Part shown: piece by piece, positions 34,793-44,516 of the stretch
Numbering within the stretch: the stretch's first letter is position 1
How the letters are laid out: every line of letters begins with the position of its first letter
DNA from: Escherichia phage welsh
DNA: 45,207 nt
Strand: one strand, 5' to 3'
Sequence record: NC_073078.1
Position numbers and translations under genes: made by a program
The notes under the pieces: model-generated
Told to the model about the DNA's origin: nothing
The model's input: only the letters and a program-made list of their open reading frames with translations
Database searches by the model: none

Positions 34793-36177
34793 TGCGTAAC
34801 TATGCGGCAGAACACCGCGCACTGGAACGCGCGATCGCAAAGCGTAACCGACCGCCACGCCCGACACGCGTTGCGCAGGCCGTCCGCCTTTACCAGCCAG
34901 ATTGCCTTCCGCACCAGGTCGAACTGCTGCGTGACACGAAGACTAAAATCCTCGGCCTGTGTTCCGGCTTCGGTGGTGGGAAGTCGTGGGTCGCGGCGAG
35001 AAAGGTCATCCAGCTTTTAACACTAAACCCCGGTCATGATGGCATCGTAACAGAACCGACGATTCCCCTCCTGGTTAAAATCATGTATCCGGAATTGGAA
35101 AAGGCATTCGACGAGGCGGGCTTCCGGTGGAAGTTCAATAAGCAGGACAAGATCTATAACGTGCTTGTGAAAGGCAAATGGACCCGCGTTATCTGTGAGT
35201 CAATGGAGAACTATACCCGCCTGATCGGGGTTAATGCCGCGTGGATTGTTGCCGACGAGTTCGATACCACGAAGCAAGACGTCGCGCTGGCGGCGTATCA
35301 CAAATTGCTCGGTCGTCTGCGTGCGGGCTTCGTCCGCCAGTTCGTCATCGTGTCAACGCCTGAAGGCTACCGGGCGATGTATCAAATTTTCGAGGTGGAG
35401 AAGGATAGCCAGAAACGCTTGATCCGGGCGAAGACCACGGACAACCACCATTTACCGGCAGACTTTATCGACACGCTGCGTAGTCAATACCCAGCTAACC
35501 TGATCGACGCGTACCTGAACGGCCTGTTTGTTAACCTTACGTCGGGCGCGGTGTACAAGATGTTCAACCGCGAGGAGAACGCCAGCACCGAAGAAGTGCA
35601 GCCGGAGGACACGCTGATTATCGGTATGGACTTTAACGTCACGAAAATGGCGGCGGTCGTGTACGTCAGACGGCAGCGAGTCACCGAGAACAAGGAGTTC
35701 CGCGACGAGATTCACGCGGTGGATGAATTTGTGGACCTGTTTGATACCCCGGCTATGATTGAGGCGATCGAGGAGCGCTACCCCGATCATTGTGCTGCCG
35801 GTCGTGTTGTCGTTTACCCGGATAGCAGCGGCAAATCCCGCAAGACGGTCAACGCGTCGTCGTCCGATATCGCACAACTGGAAGACGCGGGCTTCGAGGT
35901 GGAGTATGACAGCGTTAACCCACCTGTGAAAGACCGATTGATCGCGATGAATACGATGATGTGCAACTCGAAGGGCGTGCGCCAGTATTTTGTCAACCTG
36001 GATAAATGCCCTACACTAGCGAAATGTCTGGAACAGCAGGTTTACGACCTGAAGAAAGGCGAGCCGGATAAAACCGCCGGGGTGGACCACATGAACGATG
36101 CCGCGGGCTACCCTATTGCGCACTTGTTCCCTGTGATTCGTCCGATCGCCGTTGTTCCAACTGTAGACTTCTACTAA
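34792..36177 (+). CDS. Terminase large subunit
   Basis: Walker A-like GLCSGFGGGKS, Walker B VADEFD, C-terminal nuclease-like acidic residues; 461 aa. Confidence 0.85.
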   Translation: MRNYAAEHRALERAIAKRNRPPRPTRVAQAVRLYQPDCLPHQVELLRDTKTKILGLCSGFGGGKSWVAARKVIQLLTLNPGHDGIVTEPTIPLLVKIMYPELEKAFDEAGFRWKFNKQDKIYNVLVKGKWTRVICESMENYTRLIGVNAAWIVADEFDTTKQDVALAAYHKLLGRLRAGFVRQFVIVSTPEGYRAMYQIFEVEKDSQKRLIRAKTTDNHHLPADFIDTLRSQYPANLIDAYLNGLFVNLTSGAVYKMFNREENASTEEVQPEDTLIIGMDFNVTKMAAVVYVRRQRVTENKEFRDEIHAVDEFVDLFDTPAMIEAIEERYPDHCAAGRVVVYPDSSGKSRKTVNASSSDIAQLEDAGFEVEYDSVNPPVKDRLIAMNTMMCNSKGVRQYFVNLDKCPTLAKCLEQQVYDLKKGEPDKTAGVDHMNDAAGYPIAHLFPVIRPIAVVPTVDFY

Positions 36178-36188
36178 GGAAACCGACC

Positions 36189-37709
36189 ATGACCGTTAAC
36201 GTTGACAACCAGCACCCGCTCTATGCGCGCATCGCGCCAGAGTGGAAAATGATCCGTGACTGCGTAGCAGGGGAGCGCGCCGTGAAGGCGTGCGGGCCAT
36301 TGTACCTGCCACACCCAGCCAGCGGCGACACTACCGACCCGAAATCAAGGGCACGCTATAAGGCCTATAAGCAACGTGCAGTCTTCCTGAACGCCACCGC
36401 CCGCACACTGAATGCACTGTTAGGCGTCGCCTTCGCCAAACCGGTGAGTATGAACCTTTCCGGGGCAATTGCTGACCTGATCGAAGACGTAGACGGCAGC
36501 GGGATGCCCCTGGCGCAACTCCTGCGCGGCGCTATGTCGGAAGTGCTGCAATCAGGCCGTGCCGGGTTTATGGTCGACTACGACCGCCAGGCGAATTTTG
36601 ACGAACTGGGTAACGTAGTACCGCAGACCGCCGCTGAAATGGCAGCACACCGCCCGCTTATCCGCCTGTACACGGCAGAACAGATCATCAACTGGCGGCA
36701 GACCCACGGCGTCGATACGCTAATTGTGCTGAAGGAAACGGACGAAATCAGCACCGAAGACCCGGACGATTTCGCAAACCACGAAGTAACAATCTGGACC
36801 GAGCTTCGCATGATTAACGGTGCGGCACACGCCCGCCGCTGGTACTACAACGCCGACACGTCCGAGGTGCAAATGGACTTGCCGCGTGGATTCACCCGCA
36901 CCGACCTGGTGCCGCTGGTGGATGCCGCCGGTAATGCACTGACTCAACTTCCGTTTTGCTGGTGTGGCGCGGTGGACAACAACGCAACGCCAGACGCCGC
37001 TCCGCTGGCGGATATCGCATCCATCAACATTAAGCACTACAACGCCGAAGCGGACGTCGCCGAGATTGCGCACATCGTGGGCCAGCCTACCCTGGTTGCG
37101 ACGGGCTTGACTCAATCATGGGCTGACAAGAACCTGAAAGGCGGCATCGCGCTCGGAGCTACTAAGGGCGTTATTCTGGGCCAGAACATGGACGCCAAAC
37201 TGATTCAGGCTGAGGAGCGCAACTTGTCTGTTGCACTGTGTGAGCGACGCGAATTGCAAATGGCTAAACTGGGCGCGGCCCTGGTCGAGAAGGGGACCGC
37301 ACCTAAGACGGCAACCGAGGCGGCCTACGATGCGCAGACTGATAACAGTATTCTGTCGCTTATTGCCGGTAACGTTGAGAAGGCTTTCAACCGTGCGCTG
37401 CAAATCGTCCAGCTATTCACGGGCGACACCGCCGACCAGCGCGTAACGCTGAACAAGTTCTACACCGAAATCACGGTTGATGCGCAGCTTATGACCGCGA
37501 TGATGTCGGGGGTGCAGACCGGCACGGTCCGCTTGGCGGATTTCATCAAGTGGATGATGGCGCAGGGCGTCATCGACGACTCGCAAACCGTCGAGCAGGT
37601 GGAAGACGAATTGCGAAATCAGAATCCATTGCCTCAAATGTCCCCCGATGCGGTAGAATCTACCGAAGAAGACCCGGACAAGGTAGCGGACAATGGCGAA
37701 GACAATTAA
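36189..37709 (+). CDS. Portal protein
   Basis: 506 aa directly after the terminase large subunit; acidic C-terminus. Confidence 0.7.
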   Translation: MTVNVDNQHPLYARIAPEWKMIRDCVAGERAVKACGPLYLPHPASGDTTDPKSRARYKAYKQRAVFLNATARTLNALLGVAFAKPVSMNLSGAIADLIEDVDGSGMPLAQLLRGAMSEVLQSGRAGFMVDYDRQANFDELGNVVPQTAAEMAAHRPLIRLYTAEQIINWRQTHGVDTLIVLKETDEISTEDPDDFANHEVTIWTELRMINGAAHARRWYYNADTSEVQMDLPRGFTRTDLVPLVDAAGNALTQLPFCWCGAVDNNATPDAAPLADIASINIKHYNAEADVAEIAHIVGQPTLVATGLTQSWADKNLKGGIALGATKGVILGQNMDAKLIQAEERNLSVALCERRELQMAKLGAALVEKGTAPKTATEAAYDAQTDNSILSLIAGNVEKAFNRALQIVQLFTGDTADQRVTLNKFYTEITVDAQLMTAMMSGVQTGTVRLADFIKWMMAQGVIDDSQTVEQVEDELRNQNPLPQMSPDAVESTEEDPDKVADNGEDN

Positions 37710-38796
37710 TCAATATATGGCGGATCGCATGATCCGCCGTCACATCTTCACCCAGCGCCTGAGCAATGACCAGGCGCGGAGGGTGCTGGCTATGTGGGAG
37801 AAGTTCCGGCCCGCTTTACTGGGTAAGTTGACCGAGTTACTTGATGGTAAAAAGTCCATGAGCAACAAGGCACTTACCACACGTTTAACGCAACTCGACA
37901 AGACCGTCAAAACGGAACTGCGCACCGAGTTTAAGGCGCTGGCTGAAAGCCTTCAGGAGTTCGCCGACACCGAGGCTGATTATCTCGCCGACACATTAAC
38001 GGCAGCGATCCAGCCAGCAGTCGCCGTGCCCGCTGTCGAGGTGGTGGGTGTTGTGACCGGCGCGCAGATCGCAGCGACTGCAATGAAAAACCCGTTCCAG
38101 GGTAATACGATGATGCAATGGCCTGACTCACTCTCTGAGTGGACCAGGACGCAGATCGGCAATCAGGTGCGCGCGGGATTCATCCAGGGCAAGCCGACGA
38201 TGGAAATTATTGCGGACGTGAGGCGCGCGCTAGGCGGTCGTAGTGCGCAAGCAATCTCAAGCGTTGTTAAGTCCGCAGTCAACCACTATGCGGCGACCGC
38301 CCGCGAATTAATGGTGAAAGCTAATGACGATATTCTCGAAGGTCGCCAATGGTTGGCTACATTGGACACTCATACTTCCCCAATGTGCCAGCTACGCGAT
38401 CGCCTGTTTTATCCTGTTGACGTCACTCCCAACACCAAAGGAAAGCGCGGCGGGAAAGTGGTGGCGGGGTCACAATATGGCGCTGGTCCGGGCAAGTTGC
38501 ATTATTGTTGCCGGTCTACGGAGACGTGGAAAGTTAAGGGCATGGAAGATTGGCCCAGTGGTAAGCGTCCGGCACTGAAGGCTGACGCGGGTCGGTTGCT
38601 GAGTGAGCAGGTCGACGCGCAGACTGATTTCTTCTCCTGGGTGCAGCGCCAGCCGCGCCACATCCTGGAGGAATTATATGGGGTGCAGCGCGCGGACCAG
38701 ATTATGCGCGGCGTGAAAGTGCCGAAGATGTTCACTGATACCGGCGAACTAATGACTATTGCACAGCTTAAAAACCGGGGGTTATGGCGTGATTAA
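37693..38796 (+). CDS. Head morphogenesis / minor head protein
   Basis: 367 aa following the portal, overlapping its end; by position resembles the minor head protein that follows portal genes in many phages. Confidence 0.55.
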   Translation: MAKTINQYMADRMIRRHIFTQRLSNDQARRVLAMWEKFRPALLGKLTELLDGKKSMSNKALTTRLTQLDKTVKTELRTEFKALAESLQEFADTEADYLADTLTAAIQPAVAVPAVEVVGVVTGAQIAATAMKNPFQGNTMMQWPDSLSEWTRTQIGNQVRAGFIQGKPTMEIIADVRRALGGRSAQAISSVVKSAVNHYAATARELMVKANDDILEGRQWLATLDTHTSPMCQLRDRLFYPVDVTPNTKGKRGGKVVAGSQYGAGPGKLHYCCRSTETWKVKGMEDWPSGKRPALKADAGRLLSEQVDAQTDFFSWVQRQPRHILEELYGVQRADQIMRGVKVPKMFTDTGELMTIAQLKNRGLWRD

Positions 38797-39097
38797 GTAT
38801 GCAGCGATTGGGCTGGTAATTGGCCTGGCGGTTGGATTCTGGCTGGGTGATTCCTACCGCGCTGGCGTTGTGGCGAGAGCGGCGCAAGAAGCGCAAGCGA
38901 AAGCCCAACGGCAGCAAACTAAGGTTGTCGAGGGGGCAGTGCAGGCCGAACAGGCCCGCGATGTGGAATACCGGACTATCACGAAAGAGGTTGTGAAATA
39001 TGTTACGCGTCCTAACCGTCCTGATTGCAGTTTTGATGCTGAGCGCGTGCGGATCAAGCAAAGCGCCATTGATGCCGCTAACCGAGTCGGTCTATAG
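38789..39097 (+). CDS. i-spanin (Rz-like)
   Basis: GTG 38789 with GGGGG RBS (track ORF starts at TTG 38759); N-terminal transmembrane helix AAIGLVIGLAVGFWL, then a coiled-coil Ala/Gln-rich periplasmic domain. Confidence 0.6.
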   Translation: MIKYAAIGLVIGLAVGFWLGDSYRAGVVARAAQEAQAKAQRQQTKVVEGAVQAEQARDVEYRTITKEVVKYVTRPNRPDCSFDAERVRIKQSAIDAANRVGL

Positions 39098-39230
39098 ACC
39101 TCCTTGCACCTTTGAGAATGCCTCGGCAGATCCAGACGAAGACTTGCTGGTTGATGTTAAGAATATGGAGTGTGGAGCGAAGCTGCGGGCGCAAGTGCTG
39201 GAGTTGCAGAAAATAATTCGGGGGCCGTGA
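39000..39230 (+). CDS. o-spanin (Rz1-like lipoprotein), overlapped architecture
   Basis: Signal peptide with lipobox LSAC, Pro-rich; starts in another frame inside the i-spanin gene and extends beyond it. Confidence 0.65.
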   Translation: MLRVLTVLIAVLMLSACGSSKAPLMPLTESVYRPPCTFENASADPDEDLLVDVKNMECGAKLRAQVLELQKIIRGP

Positions 39231-39245
39231 TGGCCCCCTTTTCGT
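39218..39245. terminator. Bidirectional terminator between the spanins and the minus-strand island
   Basis: GGGGGCC-gtgat-GGCCCCC followed by TTTTCG on the + strand; U-rich also on the minus strand. Confidence 0.6.
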
Positions 39246-40009
39246 TAGCGCGGAATACCGCAAATCTCGTTTAACGTCTTCACGTCCAGCGCCACCGCCG
39301 TGGACTTCGGCTTGTCCGGGTAAGGAATGAACTGCTCCACTTCAGGCCACGCCTTGATCAGCTTCTTATCGGTATTGTGCATATCCAGCACGCCGGTAAC
39401 AGTTAGTTTGAACGCATCATACTTAGCACGCAAATCGCGGCGGGCCTTGTCGTTACGGTCCAGGCGCTTACAGAAATCATGGTCCGCCGGGTAGTCTACG
39501 CGACCGCGAGGAAGATATATCGGCAACGCTTTCCCGTCCTCGTCCACTTCGCACACGGACGCGAGCATTACTTCTTCGTACCCAGGTACGATATCGCCGA
39601 GATCGGGAGATAGCTTATTCATGTATTTATACTCCCAGTATCCGCGATGTACTCGGAATCGGTGTCCGTCCCCGCTCAATGACACGGTACGGACGTTTCC
39701 GCCTGCGTTGATTTCGAAAGTAGCGTCGTAAACGCTGCCTATACCATATGGGCTGTCGGCGTCATGTCTATACGTCGCATTATTGGTGTACACACAGACG
39801 CCGTACATCTGCGACGGGTCATCGCCGATTGCTTCAATGCGCTCACGTAGCTCGGCGAAAGTGCGAATGCCTTCCGGCATACAGTGCAACGTAATGTCAT
39901 ACGCCAGGTCGCGTGAGTCCTTCATGATGGATTTGGCTTCGGTCGCGATTTCATGGTCGCGCAGGATGTTAGCCAGAATCTGGTTTTTAATGTCTTTCGT
40001 CAGTCTCAT
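39245..40009 (-). CDS. Hypothetical protein (254 aa), minus-strand insert in the head module
   Basis: Long ORF with GAGGGC upstream; no motif I can assign. Confidence 0.55.
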   Translation of the reverse strand: MRLTKDIKNQILANILRDHEIATEAKSIMKDSRDLAYDITLHCMPEGIRTFAELRERIEAIGDDPSQMYGVCVYTNNATYRHDADSPYGIGSVYDATFEINAGGNVRTVSLSGDGHRFRVHRGYWEYKYMNKLSPDLGDIVPGYEEVMLASVCEVDEDGKALPIYLPRGRVDYPADHDFCKRLDRNDKARRDLRAKYDAFKLTVTGVLDMHNTDKKLIKAWPEVEQFIPYPDKPKSTAVALDVKTLNEICGIPR

Positions 40010-40048
40010 TTTTGTGCCCTCGTTGTTGGGGCTTTCGCCCCGTTTGGA

Positions 40049-40363
40049 TTAGTTAAACTTGATGTTGCCACCGGTGGAAGTTAAGCGAGCGCATACAGCT
40101 TCAACGGCATCGACGCACATGAAATCGTTAAAGGCTTCGACCAGGGCGTTGATGAATGATGCCGGAACCAGACCGCAAGCCGGATTATCGAAGGTCGCGG
40201 AATTTATTGCAGCCTTCGCTGCTTCATTAGCGTTCATGCTCTGGCACAGATTCAGCGCTTCAGCGTTACGCATTGCGTGAAAGGTAAAGGTATTGGCTAC
40301 GGTAGCTTTATTGAAACGGGTCATTGCTACGTCTACTGGAGTTACTACGGTCATGTTAGTCAT
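40049..40363 (-). CDS. Hypothetical protein (104 aa)
   Basis: ORF upstream of the 254 aa gene on the same strand; its promoter region carries tandem TGCAACCAAT motifs. Confidence 0.5.
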   Translation of the reverse strand: MTNMTVVTPVDVAMTRFNKATVANTFTFHAMRNAEALNLCQSMNANEAAKAAINSATFDNPACGLVPASFINALVEAFNDFMCVDAVEAVCARLTSTGGNIKFN

Positions 40364-40518
40364 TTTGTTTTTCCTTCATATCTCTGTTGGTGTGCAACCA
40401 ATATATGCAACCAATACACGGATTGCAAGCTAATTTTGCGATTATTTTTATCACTGATAATATTAGAGGCGTGAAGTCGAGCGGGTGGCCCGCTCTGCCA
40501 CAATCCCAGGGGGATAGC

Positions 40519-41220
40519 ATGAAACTTACTAAAGCAGAATATGACGCGTTGCCGGAAGGTATGAAGGCGCTTTTTGTTGCCGATGGCGACGGGTATAAAT
40601 CAACTTTCATGACCGCAGAAGAAGTACAGGCGGAAATCAAGGGTCTGAAAGACAACAACGCTAAGCTGGTGAGCGAGAAGAAAGCAGAAGCCGAACGCCG
40701 CGCCGAAGCTGAGCGCCTTGCGAAAGAGAAAGAGGAAGCCGCCGCGCGCAAAAATGGCGACCTTGAAGCGATCGATAAGTCCTGGAAAGATAAGTTTGCG
40801 AAACACGAAGCAGACACATCGGGAAAAATCGAAGCCTACCGCAAGCAGATCCACGATCTAACCATCGGCAGCGCTGCCAAAGACCTGGCATCGAAGCTGT
40901 TCGGTAAGAATGCTGGCATCATGCAACGTCACGTTATGGACCGCCTGACGCTGGAAGACGGCGAAGACGGCAGCTTGAAAGTGCGTGTCTTGCAGGATGG
41001 CAAACCGTCCGCGCTGACTATGGAAGAGCTTGAAAAAGAGTTCCGTAATAACGCCGATTTTGCATCCGTCCTGGCTGGCACGCCAGCCGGTGGCGCGCCT
41101 AGCAAACCGACGCAGGTTGTCGAAGATGTGAAGTCTAAAATTACGATGGGCCATAGCTTCGGTATCACCGATCTCACCAAACAGGCCGGGGATATCATCG
41201 CTAAAATGGGCGACGAGTAA
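40519..41220 (+). CDS. Head scaffolding protein candidate
   Basis: ATG 40519 with GGGGGA RBS; about 233 aa, charged coiled-coil (KEKEEAAARK...), directly upstream of the major capsid gene. Confidence 0.5.
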   Translation: MKLTKAEYDALPEGMKALFVADGDGYKSTFMTAEEVQAEIKGLKDNNAKLVSEKKAEAERRAEAERLAKEKEEAAARKNGDLEAIDKSWKDKFAKHEADTSGKIEAYRKQIHDLTIGSAAKDLASKLFGKNAGIMQRHVMDRLTLEDGEDGSLKVRVLQDGKPSALTMEELEKEFRNNADFASVLAGTPAGGAPSKPTQVVEDVKSKITMGHSFGITDLTKQAGDIIAKMGDE

Positions 41221-41317
41221 GCAGATTGCCCGCGAAAGCGGGCAATTTTGCGAGCGCGTAAAACTAAGGTAACATTAACGTCACTGGGCGAATGCTCACA
41301 ACTCAAAGGATTTAGAT

Positions 41318-42418
41318 ATGTCTTTAACAGTGTTCCAGCGTAAACTCGTTACCGCGGTTACGCAAATGATCCCCGACAACCTGAACGTTTTCAACGCTGC
41401 CGCCAATGGCGCTGTTGTTCTCGGTACTGGAGAAGTGCTGAAGGATGTTGTAGAAAAAATGTCCGTAGGCTTGATCGCCAACCTTGTTACCGACCGTAAC
41501 GCCTATGCCCCTGTAGGTACTCCGGCGACCGCAAAAGTGCTGGCGCGTATGCTGACCAACTCCGTTAACCTTTCCGCGAAAGTGGGTCCGGTGGCAATCA
41601 CTAAGGCCATGATGGCTAAGATCGAAACCAATGTTAACAGCGTTGCGGCTGAGATTGCGGCGCAGGCTACTCAAGCGATTATGCTGCATTACCTGAAAGC
41701 GGGTATCGGTGCGGGTAAAGCGGCGATCGAGAGCAACAACAACGCGGTATACACCCAACCGGCGCGCGTTGATGGCGTTGGCGGTCGTACCTTCCCGACC
41801 CTGGCTGACTTCCCTCTGGCGGCTTCTAAGTTCGGCGATCAGGCGTCTTTGATTAAATCCTGGTTTATGGACGGCGTTACCTGGGCAAACTTCATTGCAT
41901 ACCAGGCGCTCCCGTCTGCCGAGCAGGTATTCGCAATCGGCGATCTTCAGGTAATGGGTGATGGCCTGGGCCGTCGTTTCATTATCTCCGATGCCGCTGC
42001 CGATGCTATGGGTGCTGGTAAAATGCTGGGTCTGGTCCCTGGCGCGGTTGCAGTTACGACCAACGGCCTCGATATGCTGGCGCAGGAAAAAGGCGGCAAC
42101 GAGAACATTGAGCGCTGGTGGCAGGGTGAGTTCGACTTCAACGTGGCGGTTAAAGGCTACCGTCTGAAGGCGTCCGCTCGTACCCCGATCGAAGGCATTC
42201 GCTCGTTCAAGCTGTCAGATATCACCACTAAGGACAACTGGGAGCTTGACCAGGGTCAGGTAGACAACGCACCGGCAACCGTGCAAGACGTTGGCGCTGT
42301 TGGTGATGGCGATACTAAAGGCCGTCGTAAGACCCAGGCAGCACAGGCAGTGCCGACCCGTCACATCAAGGAAACCGCTGGCGTACTGGTTACGCTGACG
42401 GCGACTACCGCGTCTTAA
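41318..42418 (+). CDS. Major capsid protein
   Basis: 366 aa after the scaffold candidate, followed by a strong terminator. Confidence 0.7.
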   Translation: MSLTVFQRKLVTAVTQMIPDNLNVFNAAANGAVVLGTGEVLKDVVEKMSVGLIANLVTDRNAYAPVGTPATAKVLARMLTNSVNLSAKVGPVAITKAMMAKIETNVNSVAAEIAAQATQAIMLHYLKAGIGAGKAAIESNNNAVYTQPARVDGVGGRTFPTLADFPLAASKFGDQASLIKSWFMDGVTWANFIAYQALPSAEQVFAIGDLQVMGDGLGRRFIISDAAADAMGAGKMLGLVPGAVAVTTNGLDMLAQEKGGNENIERWWQGEFDFNVAVKGYRLKASARTPIEGIRSFKLSDITTKDNWELDQGQVDNAPATVQDVGAVGDGDTKGRRKTQAAQAVPTRHIKETAGVLVTLTATTAS

Positions 42419-42436
42419 CGGGCGCACATCCCAAAT

Positions 42437-42462
42437 GGGCGGGCTTATGCCCGCCTTTTTTA
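42437..42462 (+). terminator. Rho-independent terminator after the major capsid gene
   Basis: GGGCGGGC-ttat-GCCCGCC followed by TTTTTT. Confidence 0.7.
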
Positions 42463-42476
42463 TAGGAGCAAATAAG

Positions 42477-42977
42477 ATGTATGGCGACCCGCAAACCTTT
42501 GTCGATTATGCCGCTGCGCGAGGCGTTGAAATTACGCTGGGCGATGCAACTCGACACCTTACCGTCGTTAATGACTTCCTTAACGGCATCAACTGGATCG
42601 GCGAACAAGCGGACCAGACCGGAATCGACGCATGGCCCCGCATCAATTACCCATCGGACGGTAAGCCGGTGCGCGACACGATAACCGAAGTCGTGGCGGT
42701 AGTGCCTGTCGGGCAAATCGTAGACTTTGCATCAATCCCCGTTGCAGTTGAGCAAGCTGTTTACCGGCTGGCGCTGTTGGTGGCGGACGATGTTGATATT
42801 TCTCCGATCGGCGATGGCAAGGAGACTATCCGCGAAACTGTAGGCCCGATCACGATGGAGTATGACCCTGCGTCGATTGGTAGCGGGGTATCGTTCCCGT
42901 GGTGGGATGGCTTGTTAGGGCACTGGGTTGATTCTGGCGGCAACGCCGCAGGCAATTTCGACGTATTCAGGGGGTAA
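42477..42977 (+). CDS. Head-tail connector / head completion protein candidate
   Basis: ATG 42477 with AGGAG RBS; 166 aa; position between capsid and tail genes. Confidence 0.4.
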   Translation: MYGDPQTFVDYAAARGVEITLGDATRHLTVVNDFLNGINWIGEQADQTGIDAWPRINYPSDGKPVRDTITEVVAVVPVGQIVDFASIPVAVEQAVYRLALLVADDVDISPIGDGKETIRETVGPITMEYDPASIGSGVSFPWWDGLLGHWVDSGGNAAGNFDVFRG

Positions 42978-42978
42978 T

Positions 42979-43098
42979 ATGAATCCTGCATTACTCGCGG
43001 CGATAATCGCCGCCAACGCTAAACGGCAACCAGAACAAGAACCGGAGCCAGAACCAGTACCACCGGCACAGGAGAGTGAAGAAGATGGCGGGCTTTAA
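42979..43098 (+). CDS. Hypothetical small protein (39 aa)
   Basis: GGGGG RBS; Ala-rich then PEPEPE acidic tail; below the track size threshold. Confidence 0.25.
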   Translation: MNPALLAAIIAANAKRQPEQEPEPEPVPPAQESEEDGGL

Positions 43099-43438
43099 TT
43101 ACGCAGGATTAAAGCGGAAAGTGAATCCGCTGATTAAAAAATTCGGCATGACCGTTACGGTTACGCGTCCGGGATCGGTTGACCGCGTAGACGGCGACGA
43201 AGTGGTAATCCCGCCAACGTCGTTTGACGTCATCGGTCTTCGCGAGGAGTACAAGCCCAGCGAGATCGACGGAACGCGTATCGTTGCCGGTGATGTGAAG
43301 TTTTTATGTCGGGCGGTTGAGCAATTGCGGGTGGGCGACCTGGTTAACCTGAACGGCACTGACTACCGGGTCGTCAACCCCAACCCCCTGCAACCGGCGG
43401 GCACTACCATGCTGTTTCAACTACAGCTAAGGGGCTAA
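43085..43438 (+). CDS. Head-tail joining protein candidate
   Basis: ATG 43085 with GGAGAG RBS (track ORF begins at GTG 43076); 117 aa. Confidence 0.4.
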   Translation: MAGFNYAGLKRKVNPLIKKFGMTVTVTRPGSVDRVDGDEVVIPPTSFDVIGLREEYKPSEIDGTRIVAGDVKFLCRAVEQLRVGDLVNLNGTDYRVVNPNPLQPAGTTMLFQLQLRG

Positions 43439-43439
43439 C

Positions 43440-44033
43440 GTGGCTGAAGTCTACTCATTCGCCGCCACTATTGCTACGTGGGTGGATAAGACGAAGGAGA
43501 ACAACGACAAGGCGGTGCGGGCGTACGGGATGCAAATACTCGGACGACTGATCGAGATCTCCCCGGTTGGCGACCCTCGCCGGTGGAAAATTAACAGGGC
43601 TTACGCGCTCGCCCGCCAGCACGCGAACAAGGTGAACGCCGCGCAGCGCCGCAAGAATGGCGGCAAACTGAAGCGCGGGCAGAAGAAGCACGCCAGTGTG
43701 CTCATCTCATTCAAGACTAAAAACGGCAATGTAACATTTCGCCAGCGTGGCTGGGCCGCGAAGAATTACACCGGCGGGCGCTTCCGGGGGAACTGGCAGG
43801 TGACATTTGATCGCCCGGCTGTCGGTGCTATTGACCGCGTTGACAAGGCCGGAACGGCAACATTAGCCGCGGGGCGTGAAGTGCTGGCGCATTACGATTC
43901 GAGTGAATACGGGTCGATCTGGTTTACTAACAACGTGCCATACGCGCAGCGACTTGAGTATGGCTGGAGTAAACAAGCTCCCGCGGGGATTGTTCGCGTC
44001 GTAGCGGCAGAAATTAATTCGAAGGTGAAATAA
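43440..44033 (+). CDS. Tail component, HK97 gp10-like
   Basis: GTG start; C-terminal NNVPYAQRLEYGW resembles the conserved gp10-family motif. Confidence 0.45.
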   Translation: MAEVYSFAATIATWVDKTKENNDKAVRAYGMQILGRLIEISPVGDPRRWKINRAYALARQHANKVNAAQRRKNGGKLKRGQKKHASVLISFKTKNGNVTFRQRGWAAKNYTGGRFRGNWQVTFDRPAVGAIDRVDKAGTATLAAGREVLAHYDSSEYGSIWFTNNVPYAQRLEYGWSKQAPAGIVRVVAAEINSKVK

Positions 44034-44455
44034 TGAGCAATACCGCAATCCGCAAAGCGCTTAACAGCGTGGTAGAAGAGTTATCGGTAAGCCTGAGCAC
44101 TAGCCAGCGCCCGATCCAGGTTAACTGGGAGAACGTGAGCGGCGACCACGCAAACGGCAGCGGTGTCTACCTGGAGCCGTACCTGCTACCGGCCCCGACC
44201 CAGTTTGTGGGCTTCCAGCAGAAGGGCCGGATCTATGCTGGCGTATATCAGGTTGCCGTAGTGTTTCCCGCGGGCACTGGTACACAGTATGCGAGCGAAC
44301 TGGCGGACGCCATCGCGACGTCGGATAAATGGCAGGCCGTAAGGATTTCCGGAGCGGCCTTCCAGCTTCAGGACTCGCCATACACCAGTTCGGTGATTGA
44401 GGATGTTGATCGCGCCCGCATCGTGGTTACAGTACCCTACACCTGTTGCGCCTGA
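44033..44455 (+). CDS. Tail completion / terminator protein candidate
   Basis: 140 aa immediately before the major tail gene. Confidence 0.4.
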   Translation: MSNTAIRKALNSVVEELSVSLSTSQRPIQVNWENVSGDHANGSGVYLEPYLLPAPTQFVGFQQKGRIYAGVYQVAVVFPAGTGTQYASELADAIATSDKWQAVRISGAAFQLQDSPYTSSVIEDVDRARIVVTVPYTCCA

Positions 44456-44516
44456 TTTGGCGCAATTCTGCGCGTGCTGTATCATTAAACCGTATATCTA
44501 AACAGGAGCTTTATTA

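Noticed and set aside
40028-40041. GGGGC-tttc-GCCCC hairpin between the two minus-strand island genes, and similar GC hairpins in 5' leaders at about 14958-14977 and 14356-14371, as terminators.
   Set aside because: There is no U-tract on the transcribed (minus) strand. They are more likely leader RNA structures or chance palindromes, so they were not called terminators.
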